A stretch of 64,000 nucleotides of DNA from Amoebidium appalachense (taxonomy: Eukaryota; Protista; Ichthyosporea): contig CAVNZM010000014.1 of NCBI GenBank assembly GCA_963693365.1, positions 3,038,001 through 3,102,000 of the forward strand, written 5' to 3'. Positions 1 to 32,095 of this stretch are shown here, piece by piece. The number at the start of each line of letters is the position of its first letter. The first letter of the stretch is position 1. The translations under genes were made by a program, and so were the position numbers. Below the pieces are notes generated by a model. That model did no database searches, was not told where the DNA came from, and saw only the letters and a program-made list of their open reading frames with translations.

Positions 1-433
1 AGTGTGTGTGTGTGTGTGTGCGCGCACGTGTGTGTGTGCATCCGTTTGAGTGCGTACTGTTTGTCTATATAGTTAAGGACCATTTAAGTGCTCCTTTTTT
101 TTTGGGAGGGGCAAGGGGGGGTTATCATTATTATTATTATTATTATTTGTGTGTGTGTTGGGAGGGGGGGTGGGGGGGAGGGGGAAGGGGAGGATGTGTT
201 CTTTGTGTATTGTCGTTTTGCCAACCAAGTCACACAGGTAACTCAACAAGGTTGTCTGGTATGTCTGCGCACTCATACGTACATCTATGGAGGAGGAGGG
301 GGGAGGGGGGAAAGAGGGGAGGGTGGCGTGGGGGGGGGGTTGGGGGGGGGGTGGGGGGGGCATGAGGGGGTTGTTACTTTGTGACAGTGAAAATGGCTAA
401 ACACATTTCTGATTTGCTGGGGGTCACGTGCAG

Positions 434-8604
<8,171 letters not shown>

Positions 8605-8831
8605 TTGTTAGGTTCCTTTACACTATTATTAAAGGTGAGTGTGATGTGTGTGTGTTACACACGGTTGTTTCTTGTGTTGTTGGTATTGATGCCCGTGTGG
8701 TGTTTGGTAGCTTGTAGTGGGATTCCCAGCCAAATCTTTTAGAAGGTAATAGGTGTATTCCTCACGTTGGTTTCTGTGTTTTTGCATTCCCTAAAACCTG
8801 TCCGTTTGTATTTGGCGGGATGAGATGTGCG

Positions 8832-8870
<39 letters not shown>

Positions 8871-9119
8871 AGGGGGAGGGGGGGAGGGGGTCTTTCGGAG
8901 CTCAAAATATCTCGTGTGTTGTTCCACTTCTATTGTATGGAGCTACTATCTACCAGTGGAAAATGTTTGGACGGTTGCATTAATGCATGCTTGAATGTCT
9001 CCTATATTTGTTTCCAATTATACGTATATGATGATTACGTCGCTCTATACTTGACATTGCTATGGCACGAACAACCATGCATGTAAAGAAGGCTCTTTTT
9101 TTTTTTTACGTTTCTTCTT

Positions 9120-9520
9120 AGACTGCGAGGTTTCACTTCTACTACTTCGTCTTGTATGTTTTCAGTTGTCCCAGGGATTAAAATTTGAACTCTACAGATA
9201 CAGGGTCCCGGATAATATTGGAAAATAAACATGATGATGAATGACATGTGGCTGTCGGATTAGATTATTGCATTTGCTACTACCTGTGTGGTGAAAAAAG
9301 GTTGGCATTGGTGTGTGCATAGACTGCGAGTTTTCACTTCTACTACTTCGTCTTGTATGTTTTCAGTTGTCCCAGGGATTAAAATTTGAACTTTACAGGT
9401 ACAGAAGTCCCGGAAAATATCGGAAAATAAACATGATGAATGACATGTGGCTGTCGGATTAGATTATTGCATGCGCTACCTGTGCACATGTGGTGAAAAA
9501 AGGTTGGCGTTGGTGTGTGC
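9120..9520 (+). repeat. ~200-bp tandem duplication downstream of FAF1
   Basis: AGACTGCGAG(G/T)TTTCACTTCTACTACTTCG...GGTTGGC(A/G)TTGGTGTGTGCA occurs twice (9120-9320, 9321-9520). Confidence 0.9.
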
Positions 9521-9597
9521 ACGTGTGTGTGTGTGTGCTCAGTGGCAGTGTACACATGTGTGACGCGCGCGTGTGCGTGTGTGTACACGTGTGTGAC

Positions 9598-9638
<41 letters not shown>

Positions 9639-10101
9639 ACGTGACGGTGTGTGTGTGTGTGTGTGCACGTGTGACGGTGTGCGTTTGTTCGCAGTTGCTC
9701 GTATGTGTGTTTGTACATGTGTGTCCGTGTCTACGTGATGCTGTGTGTCCACGTACACATGCCCAACTCTGCCCGAGTTTGGTGAGGTTTGGTGTGCTTA
9801 TACATGTCAGTACACACGCGCACGTTGGCTGCAGGGCCCAGCCGGCTGTGTTGGCTGCACTGAGCTAGAGTGTGCAAGGTGTTTTCGTTTTCCAAACAGC
9901 CGGCTGCCCAGACCGTTACGCAACCTATCAAATAAGCACGTGATAATTGAGTTCAATGATTAGCATAATTATAAATATCCAATAAAGCGAAATACATAAG
10001 AGAGTCTCACTGCGATACAGTTCAGTTACGTCATTTATGCTAAATTAAGGTCCCTACCTGTCAATGTGACAGTAAACACAATATAAACTAATGTAGCCGC
10101 C

Positions 10102-10271
10102 ATGCTGGCTTGCGCCGGGCCGCGGCCGGCGCTTGCGGCCAGGCGGTGTCCGCCGGTCACCAACAGTGTGGCACGGTGTGAGGACAAGGCTTTACATCAA
10201 TAGTCTCGCTAAGGTAGCAATATATGAATACTGAACCTACCCAAGGAACGGGGTGAACGCGATTTGTTGTC

Positions 10272-10302
<31 letters not shown>

Positions 10303-10576
10303 GTTGTTTGTTGTTGTTGTTTGGGCCAAAACTGTTTCCAATATAGCGTCAGATGTTTTGCACTTGCCACTTGTCTCCTTTTCAGTCAGTTCTGCTTGTC
10401 ACCAATACATCATATAAGGGAGTTTGCACTAAAGTCACCGTGACAAAGAGTTCCTTTAGGCAACATCCCAAGAGGCAGTAGCGCTTAGCTACTTTTTTAT
10501 TTTTCCCAGTCACTGTAAACTATATACTCACAAGCCCGACTAAAATGGAAACGCTGATGCTTCGGGCGCCCAAACG

Positions 10577-10613
<37 letters not shown>

Positions 10614-11075
10614 TTCCCCCGCCCCTCCCCCCCCTCCCCTTCCCCCGGCTCCCCCCTTTCCCCTTCCCCTCCCCCCCCCCCCTCGACTTCGACGTCACTC
10701 TCAGAAGACCCCGACTGATATCTATACCTGCAGTTACAAGGTTGCAGCTACCACGAACATGTTGCCACATATACACTTACCTGTCAACAATTATGCAAGT
10801 GTGTCGTTCCATATGCATCTTTGTCAGCTTGAGCACTCTTTTTCGCGCAGCGGCAAGGACAAGTGTGCATGTGTTACGAAAAATGATGGATACTTTGTGC
10901 CGCACAGCTTCGTGTCAACATGCACATCGTATGCATACAAAGCACAGGTGCACACAATCACCTTAGTGTGTGTTTCACACAGAGACGCATATTCATCGCT
11001 TTTCCACACGCACACACACATGTGGACACAGCTTTGGCATGTGCCGGCACCAGCACACGTCCATACACCCACACC

Positions 11076-11158
<83 letters not shown>

Positions 11159-11635
11159 GCATCTAAACAACCGTACATACACACATGCAAACAAACATTT
11201 AGAGGGACATGCATTTCTTGGCCCTTATATTCCCAGCTTAGGTGAGGTAGAGGCAGGGAGACGAGGGCGCCTCCAGGGGGGAGGGTTATTTTTTTTTTTT
11301 GGGGGGGGGGGGGGGGGGAGGGGGGGGGGAGGAAGGAAGGGGAGAGGCGTAGAGAGAATATGAACGGGGACGGTGGGGCAGAAAAAAGGGGGGAAACAAA
11401 TGGAGGGGTGGAGCAAGGTAAGTTGAGATGTGAAAGAGTGAAAGGGAAATAGATACAGAAGTGGTGATGGCTTCCAGGGAGGTCGTTTGGCCTCCCGGGG
11501 GAGGGGGGGGGTGCTTAAGAGAAATAGAGAGAAGAGAGTCACGCACACACCCAGAGAGAGAGAGAGAGAGAGACAGAGAGACGGAGAGGGGTGGGGGGTA
11601 GGAGACAGAAAGAGAGAGAGAGAAACTAAAAGAGG

Positions 11636-11672
<37 letters not shown>

Positions 11673-11812
11673 AGAGAGAGAGAGAGTGGGTGTGTGTGTG
11701 TATGTGTGTGTGATGATTAGGCAGGGGGAAGCAGGGAATGGTGGAGAATCTTGTATTAGTGCCCCACACACGCAACCACAGACTGACAAAGCACACACAA
11801 TCCAATGACACG

Positions 11813-11843
<31 letters not shown>

Positions 11844-12797
11844 TCCCCCCCCCCCCCCTTCCCCTTCCTCCCCACGGCCTCAAATGTCCCTCACCCGTTT
11901 ACACATACCTAACTACGACCCCTCCCCCCCTCTCCCCCCCCCCCCCCCCCCCCCCCCCCTCCCCCCCCTCCCGCAAAAAAAAAAAAAAAAAAAAAAAGGA
12001 AAAGAAAAGAAAAGAAGAAAACCGTTGAAGCGTACCTACCCTCCCCTCTCCCTTTTATGCACGACTCCATGCACTCCTCCCCCCCCCCCCCCCCCCCCTC
12101 ACACACACACACATACACCCCCTTTCCCCCCCTCCACGGCCTCACACCCCGGCCCTCACATCCATACCCACCCACACACACGCTCCAACCATCCCCCCCC
12201 CACGTACACACACACACACACACACACACACTCAGTGGTTGCCCAGCGTGCAGGTGCAGTGTACTGCATTGTGGCACGGCAGGGGATTGAGTCGATGCTT
12301 AAAGCAATGCCGGAGAGAGAAAACCAAGTGGAGGAATCGTGCAGCATTATATTGGAAACATCACAGAGCCCAATACTGAAGGAAGAAATAACGAAGAAGG
12401 TGGGCACTTTGGAAAAGAGAATATGGAAGAAAAGGAGAGTGAAAGAGAGAAAGAAAGAGGGGGGGGGGGGGGGGGGGGGGGGGAAGAGAGGGAGAGAAGA
12501 AGAAAAAGAAGAAGAAGAAGCAGAAGAAGAAGTAGAATGAAAGCAATGAAAGAATGAGGGAGCAGAACAGAAATAATGGAGACATCAAAGAGCCCAATAT
12601 TGAAGGAGAAAATGAAGAAGGTGGGGAGTTGGAAAAGAGAAAAGAGGGGGGGGGGGGGGGGGGGGAAGGAAAAGGATAGATAAAAGAAGAAAATAGAATG
12701 AAGAATGAAGGGAACGGATATTTTGGGTGTGTTTCATGCTTTTGGTTATGTGGGAAGGAGGGAAAAGGGTAAGGGAAGGCGCAAAGTTTTTTTTTTT

Positions 12798-12828
<31 letters not shown>

Positions 12829-12953
12829 GGAGGGGGAGGGGGAGGGCACAGGGGTAGGAGTTGAGAGAAAGAGGGAAGGAGGTAATGGGAGGGAGTACGA
12901 GGGAGAGACAGTATGCTAAAGACGGGTTGGGGGCAGGGGGGGGGGGGGGGGGG

Positions 12954-12992
<39 letters not shown>

Positions 12993-13344
12993 TGTGCTTG
13001 TATGTGTGTGTGGGGGGGGGGGGGGGGGGGGGGGGGGGGAGGGGGGATGGCATAGAGAGAGAGGGCACCCACCACTTCGTGTGCATAATTTAGGTTTAAG
13101 AGAAGGTTAGATTTGTTGGGCTAGCTGGTGTGGGGGAGTTAGGGGAGGGGGGTGGGGGGAGAGGGGGGGGGGGGGGGGGGGGGGGAGGGGAGGGGGAGGG
13201 CAAGCAGGGAGGGCACAGGAAACGAACGGCTGTGTAAGGGGGAAGTGTGCGGTTGGACGTGAAATGGTGTGGGGTGAGGAGGGGGTTGAGGAGGAGATTT
13301 TGGCTAATTGTAACAGGTGCTTTTGTTAAGGGGAACCCAGTGCA

Positions 13345-13407
<63 letters not shown>

Positions 13408-14413
13408 CTGTGTCTGTGTTTGTGTGGGTGGGTGGGTGGGTGGTGGTGGTGGTTTGGGGGGGGGGGGGGGGGGGGGGGGGACGGACGGGTGTACGTGTGC
13501 ATCATTTGTTCGATCTCATATTAAATACCTAATAAGGATTTCGGGTTATGCAGGAGAGCCGATTGCTGGGCAAACCACCTGGGAGGTGGACGGAGAAAGA
13601 TGTGGCCAAGCAGGAGAGGAGATGGGAGGCATTGGGTGGGTGCACTTCGTGCACACATATGCACATACACACATGCACACATATGCACATACACACATGC
13701 ACACATATGCACATACACATATGCACATACACACATGCACACATATGCACATACACACATGCACACACATGCACATACACACATGCACACACATGCACAC
13801 ACATGCACACACATGCACATACGCACATGCACACACATGCACATACACACATGCACACACATGCACATACACACATGCACACACACACATGCACATACAC
13901 ACATGCACACACATGCACACACATGCACACACATGCACACACATGCACACACATGCACACACATGCACATACACACATGCACATACACACATGCACATAC
14001 ACACATGCACATACACACATGCACATACACACATGCACATACACACATGCACATACACACATGCACATACACACATGCACACACATGCACATGCACACAC
14101 ATGCACATACACACATGCACATACACACATGCACACACATGCACATACACACATGCACACACATGCACACACATGCACATACACACATGCACACACATGC
14201 ACACACATGCACACACATGCACATACATGCACATACACACATGCACACACATGCGCATACATGTACATACACACATGCACACATATGCACATACACACAC
14301 GGACACATGCGCACATGCACATGCGGACATGAGCACACACGTGCACACATCAGTATAAGCGCCATTGTGCGCTTGGGCTTACACACACACACACACACGG
14401 CGGGCGCACGCGA

Positions 14414-14485
<72 letters not shown>

Positions 14486-14779
14486 CATACACATACACAA
14501 GAGACATTAACACACACATACACACATCCCTTACCCTTCCTGCTCACTACACCCGTGAGCAATGGAATGAACATACACACACACTTTCTTGCATACAGAC
14601 GTGTGCAGCAACCAACTGTCCCCTCCTCCTCTCCCCCCCCCCCCCCCCCCTCTCACACACGCACACACACACATCACCACCATACACGTACACACACCAT
14701 CTAGGGAATGGGCCGCCACTCTAACACACATGCACATGCTCACCCACACAAACATTCAGCCGCCCCCCCCACCCACCCG

Positions 14780-14813
<34 letters not shown>

Positions 14814-15478
14814 GACACACATACCCACCCACTCCCCCCCCCCTTCCCCCCCCCCCCCCCCCCCCTCCCCCCCTGCCCCCCCCACACACACAGGTGTTCT
14901 TGCCTGGGCGCTTAAAGCACCGTCTTTGTCCATGCCGCCATTCGATGAGCACTTTAACCGCCAGCAGCTATTCCGGGAGGTGTTTATTGGCGGTGCTCCC
15001 GTCCTGCCTGACTTTGTGGCAACGTTGGCTGCAAACGGGCTCAGATCTGAGGTGGGTAGTATGCTCTTTGCCTCTCTCTCTGTCTCCTTCCCCTCCGCCC
15101 ATTTTTGTGACGTTTTTGCTGTTGCTCTTTGTTGGCTCCTCCATATTTCCAACTCCCTAACGCATACATCCCCCCCCCCCCCTCCCGTCTCTTTCTCTCC
15201 CTCACCCCCATCCCCATTTCCCTTCCTTTCCCCTCCCCTCCCCCCTCGGTTAACTCTGTCTCTTCCCTTCCTCCGAGACACTCACACACACACACCACTC
15301 GCTCTCTCTCTCTCCTTCCCCTCCGCCTTCCCTTCACCCCGCCCCCCTCTCTCCCCCACCCCCATCCCCATTTCCCGTCCTTCCCCCTCCCCTCCCCCTC
15401 GTTAACTCTGCCCCTCCCTTGCTTCTTCCCTTCCTCCGACACACACACACACACACACCACTCTCTCTCTCGTTCCCT

Positions 15479-15521
<43 letters not shown>

Positions 15522-16153
15522 CCCCCCCCCCCCCTTCTTATGCTAGATGCTATGTCTGTATTCTCTTTTGTGTATCCTTTAGGCTACTTTCATCACTTTG
15601 TTCCGGCTATGAGTTTGTGCACCATACTGCGGAGCGCAACCCCCCCCCCCCCCCCCCCCCCCTCCTCATCCAAAGAACCAAAAGGAACACACGTGCTCAC
15701 ACACACACATCTCGGTCTGTCTGCGATGTGTCTGTCACCGTCTTCCAGATATGCCACACCCAGACAAAGACAGTTTAACCTGGTAATCGGTTTATTCACA
15801 GAGATCAGATGAGCACCGATTATGCATCATTATGACATGCACGACTCTCAATCAGCACCAGCTAAATCAGCGCTGCATTTACATTACTACAGCAGAGAAG
15901 ATTCTTAATCTTATGTCAATCGATCGCAGGATGAGATCCGATTAGCTCTGGAGCAGGCCCAGTTTTGGCAGTGGCGGGCACACATGCAGGTGCTACACCC
16001 AGACAACGTGGCCCAGGACGAGGACCAACCAAAAAAGGGCTGCCATGACGTCGAAGAATACGAGGGGAGACTGAAAATGGTGCGTGTGAGGATTTGGGAT
16101 TAGTACACGATCTTGCCCCCGTAAAAATTGATCAGTCAATTAACACCCCCTCT

Positions 16154-16206
<53 letters not shown>

Positions 16207-16448
16207 CGCCGCCGTGGGGACACCACCACACACCAGGACGTGTCAACATACAAGCACTGTGGCTGAAATGATTGGCCCGTCTTTGAGGATAGGCGCTTCT
16301 TTGTTTTTTGATTCTCTTTCCGTGTCAGGTCATTTTAGAAGTCTGCATTGCATGGTTCGATGTGAATATGTACTTCGCACCGTCTTTTAGCGCATTTAGT
16401 CCCCTTCATCCCCTCTCTCCAACCCACCCCGGTCCCTTCTTCTTTTTT

Positions 16449-16489
<41 letters not shown>

Positions 16490-16623
16490 CTGCTTAGCAT
16501 TCTTTTATGCTTTTTTATCACATTTTTTAATATGTGGGTCTGATTGGCTCATTGTCATGACCACAGGGCGCCGAAGACGCAAAGGTAAAGGGTGCCCTCA
16601 CGTCAATCATCAATAATGGTGAG

Positions 16624-16665
<42 letters not shown>

Positions 16666-17045
16666 CCGCCGCCGCCGCCGCCGCCGCCTCCCTACCCCCT
16701 GCCCCCCCCCTCCCCTCTCCCCTTTTCCCTCCCTCAAACCCAAAGCATTTCCGGCATTTCTGAAAATCTCTGAAAGTTCTCTGCTAAAAACCCGACCTAT
16801 TTTGAGGCATGACAGGCTTGTACACGACTAGACGTGAGCGCGCGCACACCTTTCTTTTTCGTCTGGACGTGCTTGCTCGAGCTGTCGGGTTTTCGTGGGG
16901 GTATAGTGATGTGTGGGATCTATGTGCGGCTTACGGACGCTCCTGATGTCTGCACGTACGTGTGCGTGTGCGTGTGTGTGTGCACGTCTGCATGCCTGCG
17001 TTGTGCAGGATTTGTTTTTCAGTGGGTGTGTGCCAGAGTGCTGGC

Positions 17046-17105
<60 letters not shown>

Positions 17106-17155
17106 CTGTGCCTGTGCCTTTGTCGGTGTGTGTGTCTGTGTGTCTGGATATATAA

Positions 17156-17251
<96 letters not shown>

Positions 17252-17471
17252 TGGGGGGGGAGAGGGCTGGGTTATTTAGGTATTGACCAGCACATCTGCA
17301 AATAGGGAATACCACCTAACTAATGTCTGTGTAATTTCAGATTTCGGGGTCTTTGGGACAACCGCGTACCGAGACCTGGACAAGGGCACCCTTGGGGCCC
17401 TAGCAAGTATTTCCCAGACACGGCTGTTTACCCTCGGATGGATAGCCGGAATTTTCGATTGGCTTGAATAG
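10102..17471 (+). CDS. DUF4272 domain-containing protein with a possible N-terminal targeting presequence
   Basis: Confident exons 12236-12399, 13554-13635, 14894-15051, 15930-16079, 16567-16618, 17341-17471 give VAQRAGAVYCIVARQGIE..KPPGRWTEKD..RWEALGVLAWAL..PPFD..LRSEDEI..FWQWRA..DFGVFGTTAYRDL..SISQTRLFTLGWIAG..DW, which matches the DUF4272 pattern as I recall it. Tentative 5' exons are 10102-10175 (gccgccATG) and 10734-10947; linking micro-exon(s) between 10948 and 12235 are unresolved. Confidence 0.7.
13655..14345 (+). repeat. CACATG-based minisatellite (units such as CACATGCACA / CACATGCACATACA)
   Basis: Direct inspection; source of spurious HTHM/VCM ORFs. Confidence 0.9.
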
Positions 17472-18231
17472 TTGTGTGGATATATATACTGTTTGGCTTG
17501 CATATGTATTGTTTTTTGCTTTTTTTTTTTTTTTTTTTTTTTTTTTGGGCTGTAAATAATGGGTTGGGAAAAGGTTTATGTGAGGGTATGGTGCTCGAAA
17601 TGCTGACAGCCCGTAGCGACGTTTTGTTTCCCTTCTTTCTAGGAATCAGTTCATACCAGTCCCCGTGTTTGCGCGTGATGTTTGCGCATAATAGTTGAGT
17701 GTTTTTTTTTGCCCCTCCTTTTTTTTTTTTTTTTTTGTTTTGTGTGTGTGTGTGGGGGGGGGGGGGGGGGGGGGGGGGGGACTTGTCTAAAATTTTGCCC
17801 TGTCCGTATATTTTCTCTACCCAAGGTTGGCAGTTCTCACGTCATATATATGTATCCAGCATAGCGATATCGGCTGTATGAATGCACGGTTTGCCAAAGA
17901 ACTGTGATAACAATAAAACTAAAGGAGATGCTTGTGCACGTGCCATACACGCATGCCTATTGCTGTGCATGCTTGCAGCGCTCGATAAATGAAATTTGCA
18001 TATCTCGATTCTGGCCAGAAGGTGGCCATGGGTGGCCATGACCCGGCTATAGGAGCTAATATGTTATTTGGCCTGGTCCGGGGCCACAGGTCTGGCCACA
18101 GGGGATAAAGAGGGCCCGGGGAAGGCTCGAGCTGACTCAGCTAATATCTATTGAAAACCATCAGACGCGGGGCCGGCCCGAGACGGGCCCGGGTGGGGCG
18201 GGGGGGTTTGGTGGTGGTGGTGTGTGTGTGT

Positions 18232-18264
<33 letters not shown>

Positions 18265-19826
18265 TGTCACGGTATGCGTTAAAGGGCTGGAAATATGGAG
18301 GAGACAACAAAGAGCAAAAGCAAAAACGTCACGGAGGGGGGGGGAGGGGGGGGGGGGATATAAGGCCGCCCTATTATATACTAGCCAATTCTTGGTTCTG
18401 CGTGCCCCCTGGCGGGGGGACGCCTTACGGGTCTGAAGCCTTTGGCACGCACACACACGCGCACAAACACCTGTAAACAGTGGCATAACGCATGAACGTT
18501 CACATACACACCACAAGCACGCGCACATCATGTACACTTGCACGCACCACGCATACATGTGCACAAACACACACACACAAACACACACACACACTTAACC
18601 ATAAAAGGTTAGTCTTCATGCAAATACATAAGTGAGACTGCAGCTGATTGTGACGTCTTGCCCAAGCAGTCACCCATCCATGCACACCCGCCAAACGGCA
18701 CAGGCCTAAAAATTTAAAAATAGGCCTAGCTATAGGCATGCCATGCCTGAGTCAGCCTGAGTCGCCACGTAAATGTATACATCCACATGACACACGTACG
18801 CGCACCCGGCGCACGCAAGCGCGTAGGCTACTCAGCGTAGTACTCCGTACGTGCACGGACGCGCTCGGAGCTCCGCCGCTCAGGCACGAATAGCCGGGCA
18901 GGCGCTGATCGCCATAGTCTGACGCCAGCAGCAGGAGATCTAGATCTACTACGTAGAGTAACAATAGAGAGATACATACCTACCTATGATACGAGTTGCG
19001 AAGTGAATTATCTAAGCCAAGGACTCCCCAAACTATTTGCCAGAGAACAGAGAATCTTCAAAACTTTGTTCTTGTAGATCCGGTATACAGCCGCACACTG
19101 GCCGCTGACGCGGGCGCAGTCACAGTGAGTGCATGGGCTGCACGACGCGTGCGGCACGCACAGTCTCGAAGTGTGTCACTTACAGGTTTTGATAGGCACT
19201 TACCTTTGCGCATACCATGTTTCCGTGCCGTACATATAAGAAGTTTTTGCTAGCGTGATATTCATGTTAACACAAAGATGAAATCACAAAATATATAGAA
19301 AGTATATGTGTACACATGTGCATCATGTGTATGCCTGACTGATCATGCATGTGCCCATGATCGAATAGACTCTACGCACATCATGTGCGCCGTGCGGGGT
19401 AGGGGCACGCACATCATGTACATGTGGGCCGTGGACGTCATATCCCGTGTACTTATGACACATCGTATACATACACGTTGTGCCCACGCACGTAAGGTGC
19501 CCATTATGTACGTGATTATGTACGTGAAATTGGCCCATTTTCTCATTATTCAGGAGGCTGTGGAGCTCGTCTCTTGAACACTCATATGCATGACAAAAGC
19601 CTCACGTTCGTTAGGTCTTACGTGAATTCGAACCTGAGAGTGATATTCAAGACAATTGTGGAGCCTTGTGTTCCGTTTTCCACAATTCGGAACCTGAAAA
19701 GGCTTTGGGATACAGAAACGATAGACATGCCTTGAAATTATTGTGAGGGTTTCGGAGGTTTCCCACGTGCTGCTCAGGATCTGACTGGTGCCGCTGCTTG
19801 GCGTATGCTCTCTATAGAATCTGTAC

Positions 19827-19883
19827 CAAGGCCTCCTAGATACAACGTTGCATCTAGGAGGCCTTGTTGTCTAGGAGGCCTTG
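19827..19883. mobile_element. 57-bp hAT-like micro-MITE
   Basis: TIR CAAGGCCTCCTAGA...TCTAGGAGGCCTTG (right TIR present twice); 8-bp direct repeat ATCTGTAC at 19819-19826 and 19884-19891. Confidence 0.8.
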
Positions 19884-20112
19884 ATCTGTACTGAAGGTCA
19901 CGTTAGCCTATTTAGGCCGCCGATGATTCGTAGCCAATCAAGCGATTCCGCGCCAAGATTTTACCTACCATAAAAGGCCAATCTACTTGATATCACAAGT
20001 GCCTTGTACACGTGCCCAGAGTTTTCCGAGAGGCTCCGCGTTCGAAATTGTTCAGTTTAGTCCGTTTTGTTTTTGACTTGAACCAGCACCGTTTTGAACT
20101 GTAGCTGCCAAG

Positions 20113-29456
<9,344 letters not shown>

Positions 29457-29642
29457 AAACGGGTGTGTGTGTGTACATGTGTGTATACGTGGGTGTGCTT
29501 GTGTTAAACACTATGTGGGTGGGCCGAGTTTTTTTTTTTTTTTTTTGGTTTTGTTTTTCGTTTTTGTTGGGAGAGTTGAGAGAGTTATATGTTGTTTGCA
29601 GCTATGCATATAGAACTTCAACTGATACGTTTGAACTCAGGG

Positions 29643-29727
<85 letters not shown>

Positions 29728-30104
29728 CGTGCGCGTGTGTGTATGCGCGCGTGTTGGGGGGGAGATGAGGACTATGTAAAAGTGTGCACGTGTTTGTGTG
29801 TTGGTGGGATTGGTTGTGGGGGGGGTGTGGGAAAGAGGGGGGGGGGGGGGGGGGGGGGGGGTATTTTTAGGGGATTTATGGATCGTCGTTATTCTTTGTA
29901 GGCATTCGAAAATCACGTGCACACGTACATGCACATGACGTTGTCCTTTTGTGTGAATTCGAATGTCCGTGTAAGTGTATATGCGTGCACATGAGCACAC
30001 ATGTACGCAGATCTGGCCTACACACGCACACGTACAGAAGTGCAATGGTCCCCATCTAGATACTGGAGACTGCCTGATAGCTGCAGGCCGGTGGCAATTG
30101 CAAA

Positions 30105-30190
30105 CAGGGTTCGAAGTTACGAAAAAAAATTCGGAATTTCCAATATTTGAAAACACAGTTCCGAAAATCATCCCCGCCGAATCGGAACAC

Positions 30191-30232
<42 letters not shown>

Positions 30233-30671
30233 CCACCGGGGGGGAAGCTTCTCATGACTTCGCAGGTCTCATCATACACGGGGTATACACCACCCACACA
30301 AGCTGCACACGTACGTACGTGTCTCCCTGTCCCTGTAGCATGTTCAATGGCAGACCCTGACTACAGCGCCAGCCTAGCACATGTACATGTTGTCACACCA
30401 AACACATTTATGCCGCACACACACACACACAGACACACACACAAAAATTCACACACACACAGCCGTGACACCACATATGCATCATAGCCATGCATGGCCA
30501 CATGGACATACAATGCACATGCCTGCGCATGTATATATAGGCCGGCCTCCACTTCAAAACTCCCCCCCCCCAGAAATCGAACCCCATTCCCCCCTCCTCC
30601 GCTGCCCACCGTTCCCTCCACCAGTGCTGCCCCTCCTTCTCCCCCACCGCCGCTCCGGCCTCACCTCCCCC

Positions 30672-30711
<40 letters not shown>

Positions 30712-31164
30712 AGGCGGATCCCTCCCCCCGGCCCCCCCCCCCCCCCCCCTTCTAGTACTCCCCTCCCCCCCCCCATTCCCCCCCAGGAAGGCCTAAACAT
30801 GGAATGGATCTAGATGCTCAGAGTCGACGGCCACCAGGTGCAGGTGCCACGTGTATCACGATCAGTGGCACACGTCTTTAATGGCAGGCGATACACACAC
30901 TGTGCACCACTGTGTTCCGTTCAAAGACACACATGCACATACATACACAGCCGTGACACCACACAATCATGTGACCTAGGCTAGTACACGTGCACAGGCA
31001 CATACTATCTCGGATTATGATAACCGTATTACAAACGTGCACATGCATCCACCCTGTACAATCACATGCTATGCACCCACCCACCCACCCACACACACAA
31101 ACACACACACACTTACACTGCACACACACACCATGTACACGGCGCACGCACACACACCCCGTGG

Positions 31165-31196
<32 letters not shown>

Positions 31197-31377
31197 AAAG
31201 AAACCGTTGGTACAAACACACACACCTGTACACATACATACAGACACACACACCCTAGCCTGCATACATACACACCACACTGCACACACACACACATACA
31301 TACACACAATGTACATACATACACACACACCATAACCGTTGACACAAAACACACCGTGACATACATACAATGTCATG

Positions 31378-31409
<32 letters not shown>

Positions 31410-31628
31410 CACACACACGTGCACATGTGCACACATGCATACAACATAGACACACACACACCGATTACCGCTGACACAAATACACACACCCACACCTGTA
31501 CACATACACACAGGCACACACACCGTGCATCCATACCCACCACACACACACACACACACACACAGTTGCAAAGAAAAATACTCACACACACACAAACACA
31601 GACACAACCACCCAACCTGATTTTCTTT

Positions 31629-31659
<31 letters not shown>

Positions 31660-31716
31660 TCCCCCCCCAAACATTCGATTTCTGCCTGAGCTTCCCATGT
31701 TGCTGCCTCAACTCAC

Positions 31717-31764
<48 letters not shown>

Positions 31765-32095
31765 CCCTCCCCTCCCCTTCCCCCAGAATTTTTAAATACG
31801 GAGCAAAATGTATATATATATTGTGCATTAATGCACTTCATATTTCCCTTTTATTCCTTCAAAGCTTCAAGTGCCAACACCAGGAAGGCCTCTAATAACC
31901 ACAGGGGTTTTGAGTATGCATTATAATTACATTTTGATGCAATATAGGCACAAATAAGCATGCCCTAGTTTACTGATGCGCGATGATTACGATTTTTGGT
32001 GGGCCTGCTCCGACGGAGCATTCCGATTTTCGAAGAGGTTTTCCGAAGCGGGATTTCGACTTCCGTTAATGGGCTCCACCGTCCTTCGAACCCTG
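30105..32095. mobile_element. Non-autonomous hAT-like DNA transposon (~2 kb)
   Basis: Perfect 12-bp TIR CAGGGTTCGAAG (30105) / CTTCGAACCCTG (ends 32095); identical 8-bp flanks ATTGCAAA (30097-30104, 32096-32103); subterminal TTCGGAA/TTCCGAA motifs; no transposase ORF seen. Confidence 0.85.

Noticed and set aside
9229-9300. ATGATGA as the C box of a C/D snoRNA
   Set aside because: No CTGA D box or terminal stem at a suitable distance.
13247-14510. Long His/Cys-rich ORFs (up to 361 aa) as metal-binding proteins
   Set aside because: Open in multiple frames on both strands because the minisatellite lacks stop codons; the region is mostly intron of the DUF4272 gene.
17990-19800. GGCC-rich and CACATCATGT-rich intergenic stretches as transposon or ncRNA
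   Set aside because: Could not define termini, TSD, ORF or a known RNA fold; possibly decayed transposon sequence.
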